A DNA stretch of 32,000 bases from contig NC_014034.1 in assembly GCF_000021865.1 (NCBI RefSeq), forward strand, positions 2,790,001 through 2,822,000, read 5' to 3'. The notes under the pieces are model-generated. The model searched no databases and had not been told where the DNA came from. It saw only the letters and a program-made list of their open reading frames with translations. Made by a program: the position numbers and the translations under genes. Below, piece after piece: positions 27,764 to 32,000 of this stretch (positions within the stretch are counted from its first letter, which is position 1; each line of letters opens with the position of its first letter). This DNA comes from Rhodobacter capsulatus SB 1003 (GTDB lineage Bacteria; Pseudomonadota; Alphaproteobacteria; Rhodobacterales; Rhodobacteraceae).

Positions 27764-27808
27764 CACCGCCCGATGTCGGCCAAGCGCCCCGACACGCCGC
27801 AAAGCCGA

Positions 27809-27837
27809 TTGACACCGCCCCATCGCGCCCCCATCTT
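27809..27837 (+). promoter_or_regulatory. Putative sigma-70 promoter for the riboswitch transcript
   Basis: TTGACA (27809-27814), a 17-nt spacer, then CATCTT (27832-27837). The predicted TSS is about 27844-27846, at the 5' edge of the riboswitch. Confidence 0.45.
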
Positions 27838-27842
27838 CAGCG

Positions 27843-28006
27843 GGCCTTGGTCCTGCGGCACGCCGCCGCGGGGTAATAGGGAAGCCGGTGCAACTCCGGC
27901 GCTGCCCCCGCAACTGTCAGCGGCAAGCCTTCTGCAACACCCACTGGCCCCGGCCGGGAAGGGGCAGCAGGCGCCCGAGCCGCAAGCCAGGAGACCTGCC
28001 AGGCCA
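27843..28006 (+). promoter_or_regulatory. Cobalamin (B12) riboswitch
   Basis: The conserved core is AATAGGGAAGCCGGTGCAACTCCGGCGCTGCCCCCGCAACTGTCAGCGG (27875-27923). The B12-box is AAGCCAGGAGACCTGCC (27984-28000), preceded by CCACTGGCCCCGGCCGGGAAGGGGC. It sits upstream of ATG 28102. Confidence 0.9.
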
Positions 28007-28101
28007 AAGACCATCCCGGGCGGCGGGCCCGGAGGCATGGACCCCGCTTGCGCGGGCCGCGCCTGTCCGCCCTCGGCCCGACACAACGGAGCGGCCAGGC
28101 C

Positions 28102-28446
28102 ATGGAACCGAAAGACACGACAACGAACACCGCCTTCAAGGGCTACACGAACAGCACCTGCCCGTTCCTGCCCTGCCATCCGGGGGTGAAGCGCGCCTTC
28201 AACTGCCTGTTTTGCTACTGCCCGCTCATCGCCTATGAATGCCCCGGTCCCTATCAGACCTACACCGACCGCAACGGCTTGACGCGCAAGGATTGTTCCG
28301 CCTGCACCCTGCCCCATGACGGCTACGAGCAATCCTGGAACTTCATCCAGAAATGGCTCGACTATCCGCAGCCCTGGTCGGGCAAGCCGCAGACCGAGCC
28401 GCCCACCCCGCGCCCCCGTCCGCCGGGGGCAACCGATCAGCCGTAA
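28102..28446 (+). CDS. Cysteine-rich small protein (8 Cys + 2 His in 53 residues), function unknown, under the B12 riboswitch
   Basis: ATG 28102 with ACGGAG at 28086-28091. The sequence is MEPKDTTTNTAFKGYTNSTCPFLPCHPGVKRAFNCLFCYCPLIAYECPGPYQTYTDRNGLTRKDCSACTLPHDG..., with Cys at residues 20, 25, 35, 38, 40, 47, 65 and 68 and His at 26 and 72. It resembles my recollection of the 'cysteine-rich small domain' family. The tail is Pro-rich. Confidence 0.75.
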   Translation: MEPKDTTTNTAFKGYTNSTCPFLPCHPGVKRAFNCLFCYCPLIAYECPGPYQTYTDRNGLTRKDCSACTLPHDGYEQSWNFIQKWLDYPQPWSGKPQTEPPTPRPRPPGATDQP

Positions 28447-29885
28447 AGCGTCGCCCAGCGGGTGATGAGCTGGCTCTGCAGCAGTTTCGAACGCCCGACC
28501 CAGCCGCGCGAGCCCTCCGCCTGCTCGGCCTCGCGCGATTGCGCCCGCCGCGCCAGATCGCCGGTGAAGATCGCAAAGGTCAGCTCGGTGCCGTCGGGCG
28601 CCGTGATATAGCCGGTCAGCGTCGAGACGAAATTCAGCGTCCCGGTCTTCGCATCGACGCGGATCTGCGCGCCCTTGACCTTGCCGCCCGCCTCGTCGCG
28701 CAGGTTGAACGGCTTCATCAGGCCCCGCAGCCCGACCTTCGGCCCCAAAAGCGTCACCGCCCTGACCATCTCGATCGGCGCGATCCGGTCATCGCCGCCC
28801 AGACCCGAATGATCGACGAACCGCGCCCGCGTGCCGCCCAGCCGCCCGCTCAGCCAGTCGCTCATCGCCGCGCCCGAAGCGCCGCGCGCCGCATTCGCCC
28901 CCCGCGCCGCCGAGGCCGTCATCCCCACCGCCTCGGCGGTGATGTTGGTCGAATATTTCATCATCGAGCGCAGGATCTTCGGCAGCGCCTCCGAGGGCTG
29001 GCCGACCAGAACCCGCGCCCCCGCAGGCAGCGCCCGCACCGGCTCGGGGGCGGGCAGATCAATGCCGCGCGCCCGCGCCAGCGTCTGGAACACGTCGCCC
29101 GCATAGGCCTCGGGCAGCCGCACCGGCAGCCAGCGGCTGCCATCCTTGCCCAGCGCGCTTGCCGCCACCGTCCAATGCTCGCGCCCGCCCGCCTGCCGAT
29201 ACTCGAACAGCGGCGCCTGCCGCGCCACCGCCGCCACATCGGCCGTATAGACCTTGGGCACATGGCGCTCGGAGCGCGCATCCATCGCCAGCGCATAGCC
29301 GCCCTTGGCCCGCTTCCATTCGAAATGGACGCGGTTGTAATTCAGGATCAGCCCGGAAATCGCCGGGTTGTAGCCCACATGCACCGGCTGATCGGCCGCG
29401 ATCGCCTCGGCATAGGGCAGCGCGCCGCCCCAGACCAGAAACCGCCCGCGCACGCCCGTCACCCCCTGTTGCGCCAGCGCCGCCGCCAGATCGGCCAGCC
29501 CGTCGGTGCTCAGCGTCGGATCGCCGCCCCCCGCCAGGATCAGATCGCCCTCGACCCGCCCGCCCGAGACCGGCCCCGTCGCCAGCACCCGGGTCTGAAA
29601 GCGGAACTGCGGCCCCAGCGTTTCCAGCGCATAAAGCGTGGTGATCGCCTTCGCGGTCGAGGCGGGCGCCATCGGCTTGCCGCCATCGCGCGCCTCCAGC
29701 ACCAGCCCGCTGCGCGCATCGGCCACCACATAGCCGACATCGCCGCCCAGCCGCGCCGCCGCGATCAGCTCCTCGCCCGACAGCAGTCGCAGCGCCGCAC
29801 CCTCGGCCCGCAGCACCGCGGGCGTGGCCAGACCGGCCCCCACCCCCAGCATCCCGCCCAGGATCCCCCGCCGCGTCACGTCCAT
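28437..29885 (-). CDS. dacB: D-alanyl-D-alanine carboxypeptidase/endopeptidase (PBP4, peptidase S13) with Tat-type signal
   Basis: [27 protein letters not shown] (twin-arginine leader). SxxK is [11 protein letters not shown] is DAKTGTL. ATG at 29883-29885 with GGGAG upstream. The 743-aa track ORF is an open-frame extension through nadD. Confidence 0.9.
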   Translation of the reverse strand: MDVTRRGILGGMLGVGAGLATPAVLRAEGAALRLLSGEELIAAARLGGDVGYVVADARSGLVLEARDGGKPMAPASTAKAITTLYALETLGPQFRFQTRVLATGPVSGGRVEGDLILAGGGDPTLSTDGLADLAAALAQQGVTGVRGRFLVWGGALPYAEAIAADQPVHVGYNPAISGLILNYNRVHFEWKRAKGGYALAMDARSERHVPKVYTADVAAVARQAPLFEYRQAGGREHWTVAASALGKDGSRWLPVRLPEAYAGDVFQTLARARGIDLPAPEPVRALPAGARVLVGQPSEALPKILRSMMKYSTNITAEAVGMTASAARGANAARGASGAAMSDWLSGRLGGTRARFVDHSGLGGDDRIAPIEMVRAVTLLGPKVGLRGLMKPFNLRDEAGGKVKGAQIRVDAKTGTLNFVSTLTGYITAPDGTELTFAIFTGDLARRAQSREAEQAEGSRGWVGRSKLLQSQLITRWATLYG

Positions 29886-30505
29886 GCCCGTCTCCCTTCC
29901 GCTGCGTCCCGCCAATCGCCCCCGGCCCGGATCGCAGACGAGGACAGATCGGACATCGGCATCTGCACGAAACACCAGGCGGGCAAGTCCGCGCAAGCCA
30001 GAAGCCGCGCCTGCGCCGCACGAAGCCGTGCGCGTGCGAAGATCCGGGCCGCAAGCGCCTGCCGCGCCACCATCCGATGCCCCGGCCGCGCCAGCACCCC
30101 CACCGGCACCGCCGCCAGAATCGACCGCCAGTCCTCCCAGCGGTGGAACTGCGCCAGATTGTCGGCGCCCATCAGCCAGACGAATCGCACGCCCGGATAA
30201 AGCGCCTTCAGCCGGGCCAGCGTCTGCGCCGTGTAGCGCGTGCCAAGGCCCGCCTCGAGCCCGGTGACCACCACTTTCGGATCGGGCATCACCCGGCGCG
30301 CCCGGGCGATGCGTTGCGCCATCGGCGCCGGGCCGCGGGTCTTCAGCGGATTGCCCGGGCTGACCAGCCACCAGACCTGATCCAGACCGAAGCGGCGCAG
30401 CGCCTCGCGGGTGATATGGGCATGCCCGGCGTGGGCCGGGTCGAAAGACCCGCCCAGAAGGCCGATGCTCTGGCCGCGCGTGGCGATCGGAAACCCCTGT
30501 CTCAT
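29876..30505 (-). CDS. nadD: Nicotinate-nucleotide adenylyltransferase
   Basis: [42 protein letters not shown] contains the (H/T)xGH nucleotidyltransferase motif. The 3' end overlaps the dacB start by 10 nt. Confidence 0.9.
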   Translation of the reverse strand: MRQGFPIATRGQSIGLLGGSFDPAHAGHAHITREALRRFGLDQVWWLVSPGNPLKTRGPAPMAQRIARARRVMPDPKVVVTGLEAGLGTRYTAQTLARLKALYPGVRFVWLMGADNLAQFHRWEDWRSILAAVPVGVLARPGHRMVARQALAARIFARARLRAAQARLLACADLPAWCFVQMPMSDLSSSAIRAGGDWRDAAEGRRAWT

Positions 30506-30582
30506 GCCCCTGCCCTACCCGATCGGTCCGGGCTGCGCCACCGGCTTGTGACAGCGCCGCGACAGCCGTTCGGGCCGGCGGT

Positions 30583-31644
30583 TCAGGTCTGCGACCGCGA
30601 CCCGAAGCGCAAGGGCGCGATCGTCCAGCGCCCGCGCCCGGCGCGTTTCGATTGATACATCGCCGCATCGGCCTCGGCCATCAGCTCCTCGGCCAGCGCG
30701 GGACGGCATTCCAGCGCGATCGCCACCCCGATCGAGGCCGAAATCCGGCAATCCACCCCGTCCAGCCGGATCGGCTCCTCGATCCGGCCGATCAGCCGCT
30801 CGGCCATGGCCTCGATCATCGACCGCTCGACCGGGCCGCGCAGCAGGATGATGAATTCGTCGCCGCCCAGCCGCGCCACCAGATCGCCGCGGCGCACCTC
30901 GTCGCGCAGCACATGCGCCGCCCGCACCAGCACCGCATCGCCCGCCGCATGGCCCAGGGTGTCGTTGACCTGCTTGAAGAAATCCAGATCGAGATGCAAA
31001 AGCGCAAAGTTCCGCCGCCCACGCGTCGCCGATTTGACCGCATGGCCCAGCGCCGCATCGAAGGCACGCCGGTTCGCCAGCCCGGTCAGCGGATCCAGCT
31101 GCGCCTCGGTCTCGGCCTCGGCCTTGGCCAGCCGCAGCCGCCCGGTCAGGGCGGTCAGCTCGCCCAGAACCGCCGCCTTCGCCTCGGCCAGAAACAGGAA
31201 TTCCATCGCCAGATCGGAAGCGGCGAAATCCGCCTCGGTCAGGCCGAAATAGCGCACCGCCTCGGACAGCTGGATGCCAAAGGACAGGTTCACCAGCACA
31301 TCGGCCTGTTCGCCCGGGCCCAGCGCCACCGCAAGACCGCGCAGGTTGAACATCGGATAGCGCACCAGCGTCATCACCAGCCGCCGCCCGGTCAGCGCGA
31401 CCTCGCGCCCGGGCTCGACGCCCCGGGCCCGGCGCAGGGTGAAATGGCGGGCGAAATCCGCCCCCTCCGCCCGCTCCGGCCCCTGACCGACGATCCGCGC
31501 CAGCGTCGGCCCCATGGCGCGGATCCGCCCGCGCGCATCCAGCCACAGAAACATCGGCATCAGCCGCGCCAGCATCTCGGTGTTCAGCGTCAGCACCGGC
31601 TCCGGCGCCGGGACCGACGCGGCCACGGGCAGGATCCGGGTCAT
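30583..31644 (-). CDS. Diguanylate cyclase (N-terminal sensory/PAS-like domain, coiled coil, GGDEF domain with RxxD I-site)
   Basis: DPLTGLANRRAFD...EVRRGDLVARLGGDEFIILL has both the RxxD I-site and the GGDEF active site. The ATG overlaps the upstream H-NOX stop (ATGA at 31641-31644). Confidence 0.9.
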   Translation of the reverse strand: MTRILPVAASVPAPEPVLTLNTEMLARLMPMFLWLDARGRIRAMGPTLARIVGQGPERAEGADFARHFTLRRARGVEPGREVALTGRRLVMTLVRYPMFNLRGLAVALGPGEQADVLVNLSFGIQLSEAVRYFGLTEADFAASDLAMEFLFLAEAKAAVLGELTALTGRLRLAKAEAETEAQLDPLTGLANRRAFDAALGHAVKSATRGRRNFALLHLDLDFFKQVNDTLGHAAGDAVLVRAAHVLRDEVRRGDLVARLGGDEFIILLRGPVERSMIEAMAERLIGRIEEPIRLDGVDCRISASIGVAIALECRPALAEELMAEADAAMYQSKRAGRGRWTIAPLRFGSRSQT

Positions 31645-32000
31645 GACGCCTCTCCCATCTCGGGGGCGGCCAGATCGAACTGGCGCGCAACATGATAGGT
31701 GGTGAAATGCAGCTCGACCTGCACCCGTTCCGCCCCCTCGCGCGGCTCGAGCAGGTCGATCAGCACCAGGGCGCCGTAATCATCGGCCATCGCCCGCATC
31801 AGCCCCGCCATCACCGCGCCCCAGCCCGGAAAACGGCCGCGCACCAGCAGGGTGAACCGCCCCTGCGCCTCGGATTGCAGCGTCAGTTCCGGCAGTTCCA
31901 GATCGGGCAGCGCCATCTGCGCGCGGCCCTGCAGATCATCAAGCGAAAACAGGAATTCCAGATAATCCGGGCCGCCAAAGCGCAACAGCCGCCGCAGCGG
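31641..32000 (-). CDS. Heme NO-binding (H-NOX / HNOB) domain protein, C-terminal part (gene continues beyond the window)
   Basis: The frame is open to the window edge (...PLRRLLRFGGPDYLEFLFSLDDLQGRAQMALPDLELPELTLQSEAQGRFTLLVRGRFPGWGAVMAGLMRAMADDYGALVLIDLL...). This matches my recollection of the alphaproteobacterial HNOB family. The M at 31985 in the track is internal. Confidence 0.7.
   Translation of the reverse strand, partial: PLRRLLRFGGPDYLEFLFSLDDLQGRAQMALPDLELPELTLQSEAQGRFTLLVRGRFPGWGAVMAGLMRAMADDYGALVLIDLLEPREGAERVQVELHFTTYHVARQFDLAAPEMGEAS

Noticed and set aside
28437-30668. 743-aa ORF suggesting one giant protein spanning dacB, nadD and beyond
   Set aside because: Only the part from ATG 29885 downstream has PBP4 motifs and a proper Tat leader with an SD. 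Upstream the frame is merely open (Arg/Gly/Ala-rich). The nadD frame there carries the true [11 protein letters not shown] motif.
30515-31693. 392-aa alternate-frame minus-strand ORF overlapping the diguanylate cyclase gene
   Set aside because: It is Gly/Arg/Ala-rich with no motifs. The 30583-31644 frame contains GGDEF, RxxD and DPLTGLANRR blocks.

Overview
This is a high-GC alphaproteobacterial chromosome segment that looks Rhodobacterales / Rhodobacter-like. Supporting features are a class-I LysRS, an NDUFA12-like/MlaD/DUF2155 cluster, and Rhodobacter-type ClpX/ClpP N-termini. Nearly the whole window is tightly packed housekeeping coding sequence, with many 4-nt ATGA start/stop overlaps.

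Gene content, left to right:
- accB-accC, a SAM-methyltransferase, aat, DUF2155-mlaD-NDUFA12-like, and clpP-clpX.
- A periplasmic sensor-like protein followed by an 880-aa PAS-PAS chemoreceptor.
- A ureide/purine-catabolism cluster: uraH, a puuE::OHCU-decarboxylase fusion, and ureidoglycine aminohydrolase.
- A lyxose-isomerase-like cupin coupled to a glycerate 2-kinase, then a secreted 5'-nucleotidase.
- DUF952-pyrD, acs, a SulP/STAS transporter, and a PNPOx/HugZ-like protein.
- lysK (class I), a TerB-like protein, nadD-dacB, and an H-NOX/GGDEF pair at the right edge.

I saw no rRNA, tRNA, CRISPR array, IS element, integrase or prophage block.

Most interesting observations:
1. An orphan 763-aa tailspike/tail-fibre-like beta-helix gene (23101-25392) has no signal peptide and sits between housekeeping genes. 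Its distal part has lower GC. It is a candidate dispersed gene-transfer-agent or phage-derived adsorption/depolymerase module.
2. A clear cobalamin riboswitch (about 27843-28006) has a 114-aa protein with 8 Cys and 2 His of unknown function as its only downstream ORF.
3. A secreted PDC/Cache-like protein appears co-transcribed with an MCP that ends in an NWEDF tether motif.
4. An unusually AT-rich, motif-dense control region lies upstream of acs.
5. An H-NOX to diguanylate-cyclase pair is translationally coupled.

The many long antisense or alternate-frame ORFs in the track are high-GC artefacts. All coordinates were checked by hand against the sequence. No homology searches were possible, so family assignments rest on recognised motifs.
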